64,000 nucleotides of DNA. It comes from Vermamoeba vermiformis. Taxonomy: Eukaryota. The translations under genes and the position numbers were made by a program. Position 1 is the stretch's first letter. Each line of letters begins with the position of its first letter. The notes under the pieces are model-generated. The model made no database searches and had not been told where the DNA came from. It was given only the letters and a program-made list of their open reading frames with translations. The stretch covers positions 1 to 64,000 of the forward strand of contig JBEWZL010000227.1 in assembly GCA_045837725.1 (NCBI GenBank), read 5' to 3'. Below are positions 37,927 to 50,930 of this stretch, in pieces.

Positions 37927-40300
37927 TAGTTTAGTTTAATTCCTTTTATATATCGATACTTACTTCTTCTGACGCCGATAGTATGGAAGGCCAAGACAAA
38001 GTTAAATACGATAGGCAAGATTCTATTTTCATCTGCAATATCTACATCGAATACATCGCCACCGGAAGGTCCCGTACTCAAATCAGCTGCAGCCATAATA
38101 TCTCCTCGTGCGTCGAAAAATCTAAATCTTAAAGTAAGATCCGGATCTAGATCCAGACGTCGTTGGCAACAATAACGTACCCTATATGCTGCTTAAATAA
38201 GCTTCGTTCCTTGACTACTCTTCCAACAATCCTGTCGTTGCCGTCGTAAATAATATACGTATGTCTGAATATCGTTCGAACGATGTCCAGCGCACTGCTT
38301 TGTTCTTGAGCTTCTTCGATCTTAGCAATTCTAATAAAATAATTAAAATTATGGCATAAATTATATAAATTGTCGTTTTTTTGTCGCATAGTAATTACCT
38401 CTTCGAATTACTATCTTCGATAATTATTTTTTCCGTGTTTGTCTTCGAATCAATAAATCCACGTGCTTTGCCCAACAAGTTGTCTTCATAGAACCACTTT
38501 AATATAGATCCGGACTATAATAATAACAATAAAGCGTTAATTATCTCAAATTTTTGGATCTGCAGATCCAGATCGAAACGTACGGCCGCAGAAAGGTAAC
38601 TTTCTTGCAAAGAGCCCAAAAATGCTTCTGATTCCGAATATACTAGCATGGTGATATTTTTACGTTGCGGCATGATGCTCTCGCGAATAGATATGAACGG
38701 TGGGAATTCATATGGATCGTACTAGAAAAATTAGAAAAAATCGGATCTGGTTAAAAATTCTGTACGTACCGAGTGTCTGACTTTGTTTTGCATTAAGAAT
38801 TGATAAAATTTGCCGTTTGGTCTCATAAAATAACTCGCTAGTCGTTCTTTTTCGTTAAAAAAACCGCCGTAGCCTCCTCGTCCAAAGTATCCATAATCGA
38901 CTGTTCGCACGATACTCGGGAACAAAAACGGATCCGCACTCAATGGATTTCTAAAAACAAAAATTAATACTATAATAAACACCACACAATAATAATCAAA
39001 ATTGTACCTAGCCTCGTCTATTCTAGTTCTTCGTCGCAGTTCGACCAATTGTTCCGAGAATTCTTTCGACAAATTTCCGTATTGTGTGTGGTACCACTTC
39101 ATAAATTCTGGCAGTCCTTTAATGCCATAATATTCCTAAATACAAATATCAAGGGAGTGCACCATAAGATAAATCAACAATTCTAAAAAAAATCTAGACA
39201 CGTTTACGTTGCTAATTTAAGCTCGTATTAATTTCGCTCGGTATCACTTGTAATAAAATTGCGATAAATAAAAATAATAAATTATGAATAAAAAAAACAA
39301 TGGTATGTCTAGCTACGTACAGTGAGATTTCCGTAGACAGCCTGTTGATAAGCGGTGCCGCGTACACTGCCCGAATATTTTGACTTGAAAAACTCTTCTT
39401 GAGCACGTGCGTTTTCTCGCCTGACATGCTCTTGCTGTTTTTTTCGCATGTTGTTCATTAAATCATCAAACTGCCGTTGAAACTGTTGGTACCGCTGTTC
39501 ATAAGACTCCCTTCTCATTTGCTCCTCTTCATTCGCTTGTTGTTGGTATTGTTGCTGATATTCTCGTTGTCTGCGTGCGTCTTCTTCGTCTTGCTTTCGT
39601 TGTCGCTCTCGTTCTGCTCGTCGGTGTTGTTCGTGCTTTTGTTGATCTCGCTTATACTCTTGATAATAATATTGATTCGCTTGGCCTGGACCAGCGCGAG
39701 ATGATTTGGTCGAGGTCTGTGTTTTTTGCCTTAATTGGAAATCGTACGAGGCTCTCTTTTGAGGATCTATCAGCGTCTAATAGATAGCGTTAATTAATAG
39801 TTAAATAATTTCGATAAAATATGACATAAAATTCGTATGCAAATTCGAATTTTGGAATTTCTTTGGGCAGTGAGGTGGTGAGTTTAACATCATGTTAATT
39901 GACACCTACGTGATAGGCTGTATTAATTTCAACAAATCTGTGTTGTGCCTCTGGGCTCTTATTTACATCGGGGTGATATAACTTGGCAAGCTAAACATAT
40001 GACGAGAATTAGTATTTGCATCATACAGATCTGGCTCTTTGTATCTTACTCGAATAAACGACTTCTTTATATCATCCTCTTTCGCGTGTTTAGGCAGACC
40101 CAATACTTCGTAAAAATCTTGGTTGCTAACTGCGTAGGTAAAATGAAGTCAGCTAAAAATTCTAGATGCAAGAGTAACGGCAACAGAAAATAGATTCGAC
40201 CATACCTGTCGCATAAAATATAGTATGTCTTATTTTTGATTGCGTAGAGCTGAATAAATTATGCTTTCGTTTCCATTTTATGACCGATCTTAGGATAGGT
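37927..40300 (-). CDS. J-domain (DnaJ) protein with coiled coil and scramblase/LURP-like C-terminal region (both ends approximate)
   Basis: Missed by the ORF track because the exons are short. Spliced sequence [23 protein letters not shown] / [27 protein letters not shown] / [12 protein letters not shown] (~40125-39740) contains the HPD motif. The C-terminus has alternating beta strands ([29 protein letters not shown]). Confidence 0.78.
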
Positions 40301-40821
40301 CGCCTACAAAATTATTCTCATTAGATTATTGGTTTGAAATATCATTCGTTTACAATATGCTTCTATAAATGAAAATGGTTGATTTTTTCTAATTTTTAGG
40401 GCAAAGTTTTAGCTCGATCTGGAATTTGCTCGCTTTCACCCGAATCAAGGACAAAAAGCCATCGCTCTTACGTTAAACTATTCATCGGTGCTACTTCCAC
40501 AGCATTGATTTTGATCTTGTGCTGTTTGTTTTGACGCTTTCGAAGTTTGAAATTAAGAATATATTGCGATGATTTCACCACACCTACGCTTACAACTTGA
40601 GATTCTTAAGGACTGATAATTACATGTCGCCTTGCTGTTATACGTATGACTTGTAAAAGTAATCGAAGTGGTAAGCCCAAACTTCCCGCCATCCAAAACA
40701 TTTATGATTAATAAATTAATTTGTGATTTATTCAGGCAATTTTTTAAAAGCTACATAATTATTATCCCAAAATAATAATTGACTAAATTTCATATTTCGA
40801 TTCTAATTCAGTTGTTGCGCA

Positions 40822-41525
40822 TTAATTTAGCGGGAAGAATTCAGATTGAGCGTCGACTTTGCGCCAAGTAGGACGTGAGGATATCTCTTGCCACCAGCGC
40901 ATAACATTAGGGAATTTTTTGTATAATTCAGCAATTTGCGTTACTCGAGACATCAAGATCTGAGTATCAGGCAAGTACACAATATCTAGGCTACTGTTAA
41001 ACATATATTAATATTTTTAATATTAGATGGCTTACCGGCAATAGTAAAATGTTCAGCGGCGATGAACTTTGATTTTGCCAATCTCTGATCCAATACTTCG
41101 AGAGCTTGAACTAATCTGACTTCAGCGTCTTTAACTTTATCTTCATTCGTTCCTTGGCCAAACAGCGGATAAAAAACCAATTCAGCAGCCAACTCTTGAG
41201 CAGCACAGTAATAAGATTGCTCGATCGAGATCCATTGATCAACAATTGCGCGTGCTTTCGGGTCAGCAGGATAGAGAGTACCATTACGGTCATATGCATT
41301 CACTAAGTAGCGAATAATAGCACGTGACTCGTAGAGTTGGAAATCAGATCCGTCTTCCAACACTGGCACTTTGCCCCAAGGCTGCTTTGCGAGGTAATCG
41401 GGCTTCTTCATTTGCTCAGCACCAATAGTGATGAACTCGTATGGAAGATTGAGCTCTTCAAGAGTCATCAATACGAATCTGGTTCTGAGCGATGCACGCA
41501 GACCGTAGATCTTGATTGAAGACAT
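40822..41525 (-). CDS. glutathione S-transferase (phi-like), copy 1, 2 exons
   Basis: QPWGKVPVLED, LYESRAIIRYL, VDQWISIE, FTIA-DIVYLP and RWWQEISSRPTW. Confidence 0.95.
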
Positions 41526-41744
41526 TTGAATAGTGGGTAGTACGTTGATTGAACAAATATTCAATTGAATAACGTAATTTTTAGGCTTTTAGCGCGCCGC
41601 GGAAGTGTCAGGAAGATTTCAATTCACACGGAGAAACGGGATAATCCCAGCTGCCCTAAATTCCAAGAATTTGAAATGGATCTGCATTTATTGATAATGA
41701 GACCTGTTTACAAGCGATAATACTCGTGCAGTAACTGGTCAATT

Positions 41745-42450
41745 CTAGAACTCGGATTGAGTATTGACTTTTTGCCACGCAGCACGAACGGAGATTTCTT
41801 TCCACCAACGGATTACATTGCTGTGTTTTTCGTACAGCGCGACGTATTGAGGCAAGCGAGCCAAGATGAACTGAGTGTCAGGCAAGTACACGATATCTAA
41901 AAGTATGCCGTTAGTTAAAGACTAATACAAAGCGTGTGCAATAGGTGAAAAAGTACGTACCAGCAATGGTGAAGCGATCACCGCCCATGAACTTCGACTT
42001 GGCCAAGTGTTTGTCCATTACTTCGAGTACTTTAGCCAATTGCACTTCAAGGTCTTTAACCTTGGCCTCGTTAGCGGTCTTGCCGGACATCGGACCGAAG
42101 AAGAGCTCGCCGATCAGCTCATTGGCAACGACGTAGTATGATTGCTCGATCGATATCCATTGGTCGACAACGGCTCGTGCCTTTGGCTCGGCAGGATAGA
42201 GAGCGCCAGTGCGGTCATATGCGTTGACCAAGTAGCGGATGATAGCACGTGACTCGTAAAGTTGGAAATCAGATCCGTCTTCCAAAACTGGCACTTTGCC
42301 CCAAGGCTGCTTTGCGAGGTACTCTTGCGACTTCATTTTTGCAAAGTCGATGGTGACGAATTCGTAGGGCAAAGCAAGTTCTTCGAGAGTTGCCAGAACA
42401 GCTCGAGTTCGGAGAGATCCGCGCAGACCTAAAACCTTGATGGAAGCCAT
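41745..42450 (-). CDS. glutathione S-transferase (phi-like), copy 2, 2 exons
   Basis: Same motifs and same intron position as copy 1; tandem paralog. Confidence 0.95.
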
Positions 42451-43370
42451 TTCTTTGGGATAAATGTGGTAAGTTGTTATTACTTGTGTTTGTGTTGTTT
42501 TGTTGCTGTTGAGATTGAATTTAAAAGCGGATCTGCTCGCTATTTATACTTTGATTACGGAACTTGGAAGCTTCCAAATAGTAACTTCTCGAAAGCCCTA
42601 AAACTGAAAATAGTAGCATTTAAGTTTTTCGCGCAAAGATTAGAAGCCATTACTAAATTTGGAAGTTTCTAAATCTTCGAATTTCCATAGTAGCTTCCAA
42701 ACGGTTTCTATTTAAAATCTTTGCTTCGAAATACAAATAATCGCCGCGGCGGAGGTGCTTCCGATAGTCGGACTAACATTTCTTTAGGTTCTCAACAATG
42801 TTAGGAAAAGAGTCTGTCTGCGGGTTTGGTCATATTTTCAATATATATCAATCATTCCAGTCGTGGATCAGGTTTTGTAGCCGGATCAGGTTCGGTGATC
42901 AAGGAATTCGTAACTGCACCTCAACAAATATTCCTCCAAAGCGTGTAATTGAAAGAAGACCACGTTGTTCGACTAAGATCCCGAGGATGCGCCAGACCTT
43001 CGCTCCAAAAATCATTCTAGGCACTGCTCGTTACGTACAATGTAGCTCTAGAATGTTAAACACTCGTAAGTTTTCCTACAGCGACTACGGTATTACTGGC
43101 CGGCCTAACCTTCGTGAAATTTGGCAATTAACGAATTTGATTTACAAGATTTAAAATCCAACCACACTCACGTTAAATCCGATATTCAAAAGAATACAAA
43201 GAAATGCGCGAGCATTTTCTATTTTCATTTTTTAGCTCGAAATTATTTTACGAGCACAAGTTTGAACGTCAATCACTGTGACAGCTTTTTTATTTGTTTT
43301 TTCCACGCGTACTTATTTATTGATTTATTTATTTATAGCAACAGCACAAATCTGCTGCTAATTCAGCCAA

Positions 43371-46300
43371 ATGAGAGCTGCTTGGTTGAATATCGCGTGC
43401 TTCGCGGCACTACTCGTACTTGCTAACGCCGAATGCCCACATCTGACCCCTGGCTTATTGCCTTGGAGCAGTGCAAGCTCGTGGACTTCTAACAGTGTAC
43501 CCACAGGTAATTACGCACTAAATTAAATTAATGGCGAATCAAAACAAATTTATTTCGGCTGATCTGAGTAGTCGGCAGTTTAAATGATGTCTAATATAAA
43601 GAACCTGTGATATTGATTACTAAAAAATAATATACAGCCGGTGGTGACGTTATTATTCCTACTGGAAAGAAGATCTTGCTGGATGTGTCCCCGCCCGATC
43701 TTAATACGCTGACTATTGAAGCGGATGCCCAATTGGTTTGGTCTCCTGCTGGCGATTATGAAATACGCTCTAACTACATCCTCGTTAAAGGTAAGCCTGA
43801 TGATTCAATTGGAATATGATTCGATATTGTCCAGGATGAAATTTATCTTGCGAAACTGACACATTTGTCAACCCGAAAAAACTTCGACATTGTTTTTAAT
43901 CTTTTTAACTGTTATATTAATATCTTAGCTAGTGTATCCCTCTAATATTAATGTATTTCAGGCCGCTTTGATATCGGCAGCGAAGATTGCAAGTTCGACC
44001 GCAAGGCCATCATTACCTTATTAGGTAAAGTTGGCACGGGTCCTACTGTCACAGGATTCGGTCGCAAGTTCCTAGGTGTCGCCATGGGCGGAACAATTGA
44101 ATTGCACGGTGCAGATCCTTCACCAGCCTGGACTAAGCTTGCCAAAACAGCTCACAGCGGCGTGTCAATGGGTGGTGCCTCTTTAAGCACCCTTGACCGT
44201 GGCTTTAATATTGCAGGTATTTATCGCGAATCTTAGCAACGGTTAGATTGTGACACAGATTGTGAGCGTAACTTCAATTTGTGCGCCAAGATTTGACACG
44301 TGTCAATTACTCGTCACTACGACAACTTCTTACCAAGCAATTACTAACCGCTATTTACCGCTAGTGTTCAGTCCTGAAGGAGTTAAGCTCGACTACCGCG
44401 CATTCGATTTGCTCGACAATTCGACAGTGCAGAACACGATGACCGAGTTTTTGAACCAACAACCACAAGGCTCGATCATTGCCGCAGGAATCTCCGACGC
44501 AATCTCACCGAACACCGAAATCTCCGATGCTACTTTCCAAGCTTTTGAAGCCTTTGGTGCCAAACAGATCCGTTCACGCAACTTCCGCGACTCTTACGCA
44601 CTGATTGGTGTCAAGGGTGGCGATGCCGTTGAGAACTACGCTGTCAATGGCACCGTTGCTACTATTTCACGTGAATTAAAATCCAGTACGTAACTTCCAG
44701 AGTTAAAAACAAAATTTTTTAATCAATGGCAGATGCAGGTCAGAACTTCAGAGTCGAAGTTCAATCATTGGGCTGGCTTCAAGGCCCGCCATGGCCCTTC
44801 ACTAGCATCTCATTGACCTTCTTCGGTGAAACCATCCTTGAGTTCGTCGATGAAGTGAACTGGAAGGCAGGTGACAAGATCGTTTTAGCTGCCACAGACT
44901 ACGCTCCAGAGCAGTCTGAAGAGGCCACACTCGTCGCTTGTCCCGAGTGCTCTCGTCGCCAAGTCAAAATCTCACAGATGCCCAAGTACATGCACTACGG
45001 AGAGATTACTGACTGCGTTGATGAGCGTGGTGAAGTCGGTCTTTTGACACGCAACATTGTCGTGCGCGGTGAAGTCGAAGACAACTGCTACGGGCTTGCT
45101 GAGTGCGACCTGCTCAAGTATGGTATTGACTTATACGGCGGTACGTAGTTAAGATTTGGTTGTGATGTGATGGCGAGTATTTGACACGTGTCAAACAGGT
45201 CACTTCAAGGTGATGAAGGGTTTCGTCAATGCACACATTGAAGGTGTTGAATTCTACAAGATGGGTCAACAGATCCTCGGCAAGTAAGTGACATGTAATT
45301 ACAATGCTCGAGTTCGTTTATTGACACTTTTGACACCTGTCAGTTACCCCGTTCACTTCCACCTGTGCGGTGATGTTGACGAAATCGGTGGCTACTCACA
45401 ACCAGCTTATGTCAAGAAGAATTCAATTCACCGCTCGCTCTCTCGTTGTGTTACTATTCACGGGTACGTGCTTCATGATTGTTGACATTTTTGCTGACAT
45501 CTTTTCAGTACGAACGGTTTGTTCGTACAAGACAACGTGGCCTATGATCACATTGGCCATTGCATCTTCTTTGAAGACGGCATTGAACGACGTAACGTGA
45601 TTGATCACAACTTGGCTCTTTGGACTCGCTTTGGCACTTTGTTGCCCACTGACCGAAACTGCGACACTTGCAAGGCAATGAAAGCGCCTCTTTCTAACCC
45701 AGATACGGTCTGTAGCGAGTGTTTGGCGCTCTCGACTTATTGGCTCACAAACCCCGACAACGTCCTCACGAACAACGTCGCTGGTGGCTCTGACTTTGTC
45801 GGCATCTGGTACATCTTCCCTGAACGTCCCACTGGCGAGTCCGAAGCCTTGGGTAAGACATTACTGATATCTTATGATTACTCCCTAGCCTAACAATGTG
45901 TAGGTATTCAATTGGGCATCAGACCCGCTTGGACTGCAATGGGTGTGAACGCGAACAACACCGCACATTCGAATAGAAACAACGGCATGTTCATTGATAA
46001 CGGCATTAAGGCTGGTGATCAAACACAAGCGTCCATTGAACAACACTTGGGCATGATTGGTGCACGCTTCAATCCTCGTGTCAACTTCACTGACAGAAAC
46101 AGCGTATGTCTCACTCGCATTAACAATAGTCCTTTCTGACCCTAGTTATCAGGCACGTGCTCCTGCGATCGTGCAAGGCTACAGAGCGTACAAGAATGCC
46201 AATCGCGGCGCTTGGGTCCGTGGTGGTGACATTTGGTTCGAAGATTCGGTCTTCGCTGACAACGCCATTGGCCTCACGCTTGCTAGTGAAGGGTAAGGAC

Positions 46301-48035
46301 AGCGAGTGATGAACTTGTCTTCTGACGTCGGTGCCTTTAGTGCCATGCCAAACGATCCAGGGTCACACCAATCAGTCGTCAGATCGCTGTTCGTCGGTCA
46401 GACTGGCAACAAAGGTCAGAGAGACAGTACGAACAACGTGCAATGGGACGATCTCCAGCAACGAACTAGACCCACGTGGTATACTTTCCCTGTGCGAGGT
46501 ATACGATCCCTTGTTAATATAACGAGTAAGCCTAACGTCATTTTATAGGATTTGAGTTCTATGATGGACCTCTGCGCGTTGAAGGCGTGGGCTTTAAGGG
46601 CTTTTTGGTAGACTCGCGACACAACGGCTCAGCCATTGGTAACTTGCTCAACAACAACTGGCAAATGACTCCTACAAAGTAAGAACCAATCGCGTTAATA
46701 ACACTGCAAAACACCTTTTCTAATAATGATTTATCATAGTTACATTCGTGGTGCTCGATTCTACGATAACAGTCGCAGAGTGTATCACGGCAGTGGCGGT
46801 GAGTGTCACGTGATTATACGAGAATACGAGTGCTTACATATTTCCTAATTAGGGCAAGACTGGTTCGGAGACCTCGACGGTGACCGAAAGCCTGTCATTC
46901 ACGATGTGGACGGCAGTTTGACAGGTGTCACTGACAGCTTCCTCGTGCGCAACTTGCCGTTCTACACGACTCCCAACTGCTACCCTCGTCCGGACTGGGA
47001 AGGTCAAATCTGCAAAGAACGCTACGGACAATTGTTCATTCGCAATGCAAACAGTGCGGGCACGAATTACAACGGCGTGGCGACTGGCCGAAGATTTACC
47101 ATCACTCGCGATGACAATCCTGACGCTCCACATGGCATGCTTGGTATTCCTTCTGGTATGTTAAGAAGTATATTTAAGTAAGACTATATCACTAATGATA
47201 TGAACAGAGGTGCCAACTGTGCAATGGCAGCCACTAGTCATGTTGAGCAAGGGCTACACCGTGAAATTTACTCACCCCACGCCACCTCAACTCACTTTCC
47301 AACTGACCAATTGGAACGCACGTGATTGGGCCAGATTAGGTAAGTGACCTCCGACTTCCAAATCTGGAATGACTGTAACTGATGCGTGTCAAACAGGTGT
47401 TTGCTACCCTCCCGCAACCTTCACCGTGACCAAAGAGATTGGCTATGGCTCCGTAACGACTTTGACGCAAGTCTCCTCGATTCAAGAAGTGGACAATTCA
47501 GTGAACGGCACGGTGTACTTCTACGACTCGGCACGTGGTGTCTTGTTCTTCAAAGGTACGAAATCTAGCGAGTATTATGGTTCATGAATCATTCGCTAAC
47601 ATGTCACGTGATAGCTGTCGCTGAAAATAGTCGCAATGGCTACGAGTTCTGCGCTTCAAAGGGCTGCGAAGTGTATGTCAAGTGACTACTTACGATCGAT
47701 CTGCACTCACCCATTTCCTAATTAGGTATCACATCAAAGCCGAAGGAGTACAAGTCGGCACTGACTATGCATGCACGCCGTACCCCACTTATCAAGTCGC
47801 TCAAGTTGGCTGTGATGGCGGCAATGGTCGTGTTGACCAATGTGGTGTTTGCAACGGCAAAGGTGACACGTGTCAATTGAAGACCTCCGCACTTGAGTGT
47901 CGTGACTACGGCATCTATCCGCCAAGCAATGATAATCCAGATGCCACTAACGGACCTACTCTCGCTGGCGTCAGTGGTGCTGCTCGTGCTGTTCTCGGTG
48001 CTTTTGCTTGGTTGTCGGTCGCTCTTGTACTTTAA
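43371..48035 (+). CDS. CEMIP/TMEM2-like G8 + GG(ILEI) + parallel beta-helix protein, probable GPI anchor, many exons
   Basis: Signal peptide and CPHLTPGLLPW; G8 (FGRKFLGVAMGGTIELHG..PAWTKL); GG (FRDSYALIGVKG). Further blocks: WKAGDKIVLAATDY, DERGEVGLLTRNIVVRG, YPVHFHLCGDVDEIGGY, SRCVTIHGTNGL, GHCIFFEDG and GAWVRGGDIW..FADNAIGLTLAS. Confidence 0.9.
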
Positions 48036-48326
48036 ACACCAAATGACTACCACCAGCTCTGTCTTCCAGAATAAATTTGGCACCTTCCGACAACAGCTCG
48101 GTCTTGCATCTGCCCCCTAAAGGCATAAACTTTAACCAATTCTTTCCCAATGATCTCGGTGAGTAGTTCGTGCGCTGATTTGCATCGGTCTTAAACCCCA
48201 AAGAAAAAAAGGTATATGCTTCATTTCTTTAATCGCATAATACCCTAACTGTTTGTAGTAAGGCTTACATTACTGGATCAAGCGCTACGGTTTGCGATAA
48301 AAATTAGATGTGTTGTTGCGATATTT

Positions 48327-50205
48327 TTAATGGAACGAATATGAATACAAGTGCGGCATCTTCTCTGCAAATTTACGTAGACCTTTCTTTTTCATTCCCT
48401 GGGCACGTGCATACCGCGATGCAAATTTCAACACTTGTAGCGTGGTCAAGTAGTGCAAATAAAGGCCTGATAATCTTTTGGATTCGGTTACTTCCAATCG
48501 CGTCAAGTTGAATAACGCCGTCAACGACGCAATCTTTTTATCGGAATCCACGTGACAAAGTTCCAAACTTTCCAGCGCTGTCAATTTGGTCAACGATTGC
48601 CAAAAAAGGAAATCGTTCATTTCTGTCGGCAGGGCCAAACATTTCAAATTCACCAATGAAGCGAGGCACGTGCTATTTTGGGCTAACTGTTTTTCTGTCA
48701 ATCTCATTTCCAAATTAGTCAATTTTGTCGCGTGACTGAGGTCGTCGAGAATGGTCGTCGGAGCTGATCCGATGCGCAATACTTCCAAATTAGTCAATTT
48801 CGAAAGTGACCAATCGGCAACCAGCCTAAATGTAGAAACGTATCTATAGACTTCTAAATTAGTCAAATTCGTCAAATTGCCGACACTTGTTAACGACGGC
48901 CGCGAAGTGACCACCCTGATATCCAAGCTGACCAAATTAGTCAAGTGACTTAACGCACTATAATCCACGTGACATTGTTGTACGTCCGTCTCTATCATGC
49001 AGAGTGTTTTCAGTGAATGGTGCAAGCTGGTCAAATGCGCAATGCGGACAGCTGGATGCACCGACATTTGCAGTGCAGTTAAGTGCGGCAATGTAACTGC
49101 ATCAAATAGGTCGCGAGTAGTTATAAATTTTTTGCAATATAGTGCTTGCAGTGCTGTCAACGGGGCCAGATCCAGCTCGAACGGATGTGTCACTTGTTGC
49201 CATCTGATCTCCTCGACGGTCAATTTTTTGAGGTTGTATAAGGCGCTTAGTTGTGAAATTTCCGATGTCACGTGACCGATATGAAGTGCAGTTATATTAG
49301 TCATATTGTAACAGCCGTAATAATTGGGGCCGTTAATGACCAGATCTCGAATTGAGGTTAGCTTGCTGAGTCCTATTTGATTTTGGAAATTGTACTGGAC
49401 GTCGGTGAATTGAAGATTTTGGAGGTTGGTGAATCTCATCAGCCTATTCAAATAGAAAATGTCGTGATATAGGACTATTTTTGTTACACGATCCGGATTT
49501 GGCATGAAATCATAGGGCTCTTCCACTCTTTGACCTAGATATCTAGAATATACGAATTCTTCTATATTAGGCATTCGTTGTAGTTCGTCGTTGCTAGACA
49601 TGCTCACGTTAACGGATCGCATGTTGAAAAATTTTCCGAACGGGCAATTCGGAAACACGATCAATTTTGTTAATTGCGTCAATTTCCATAGTCCATCCGT
49701 AACTCTTATATATAGGGGCAAAAAATCGAACGACAAAGCTGTCAAATTCGATAATCTCCAGATGTGGTCTACGTACGGGCTCAACTGCCGTTCAATGCTT
49801 TTCTTGAAATGAACTCCGAGAGGAATATTTCCATAATTGGTAAGCACGTGATCCACGATCGCTGGTAGAGTCGAAGCTTTTGTAAAATAAAAGTTGAAAT
49901 CCGACATCTGGATCTGCTCGCGATAAAAGCTATTTGTGGCTCGCATATTCATTTTAGCATTGTAATTCAATTGCTCCAAAATTAGGCGAATTATCTCCGT
50001 AGGCAACCGCTCGTGAAAATAATCCTAAATTAAAATATTAATTAATAAATAATTAGGCAAGCCTAAATTCCTATATTATAATAAAATCGATATTTGCGTC
50101 ATTTTAAATATTTAATTAGACTGGTAGGTAATTATCTCCGTGGTAAAGAGGTTGGTGTGAGATGCAGTGAGAAAAAACTACGAAATTTGTTTGTGCGCAT
50201 ACCAT
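48327..50205 (-). CDS. F-box + leucine-rich-repeat protein
   Basis: An ATG-only first exon (50203-50205) and an intron precede the F-box-like RLPTEIIRLILEQL. Many LxxLTNLxxL repeats follow. Confidence 0.85.
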
Positions 50206-50414
50206 TTTGTCTATAATCTTATTTCAACGACCTATATAACTAGAGCATGCCTAATAATGTTCTAATAACGCAAGTTGTGCTTGTGCACAAAAAAAAACAT
50301 TGAAGTTTCGGCGGAAAAAAAAAGTGTTCACATTACGCTGTCACATCCCATTAAACTTAAATAACATGTGCGTTTATTTACATATGTTAGATAACAATAG
50401 CTCTTGTATCTACA

Positions 50415-50930
50415 TTAAACTACAACCGGAGTTGTTTGAGCTAGCTGTGCGTAGTTCACTTGTGTCTTTTTGTTTCCGCTATTTTTCAACTCGTGTGCGT
50501 GTATAGCAGCTAATAGGAATAGCACGAGGAATAATATTGCTCTAATAATAGTGTAGACTGCAGATGCAGGGTACCGGTAGTCTTTAAATAAGAAACATAT
50601 TAATACGTCCACAAGGCAGGCCACAAATCCAATGCTACCAAAGATTGCTGCGATGATCAGAGCTTTTCTATCAATATTCCGCGAGCCCTTGATCCCGTGG
50701 TAGGTAGCTGTCAGAAGGACTGCCATAATGAAGATGAACGGCACTATGTAGAGGAGTAATGCCCATGAAAAGCCCACGACTAATATGAAAGTGTTTAAAC
50801 TCTCGAGTATAGGCGTTTTGATTGTAGCTAGCGTTGGAATAATAAGGAGTACAGGAATAATAAAGGATAACAGGGCTGCGATTGACACGCCAAATAACAC
50901 GTTGTATTTTTTGTTCTTGGTTTGCATCAT
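50415..50930 (-). CDS. hypothetical 4-TM membrane protein
   Basis: 171-aa ATG-initiated ORF with four long hydrophobic stretches. Confidence 0.65.
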   Translation of the reverse strand: MMQTKNKKYNVLFGVSIAALLSFIIPVLLIIPTLATIKTPILESLNTFILVVGFSWALLLYIVPFIFIMAVLLTATYHGIKGSRNIDRKALIIAAIFGSIGFVACLVDVLICFLFKDYRYPASAVYTIIRAILFLVLFLLAAIHAHELKNSGNKKTQVNYAQLAQTTPVVV

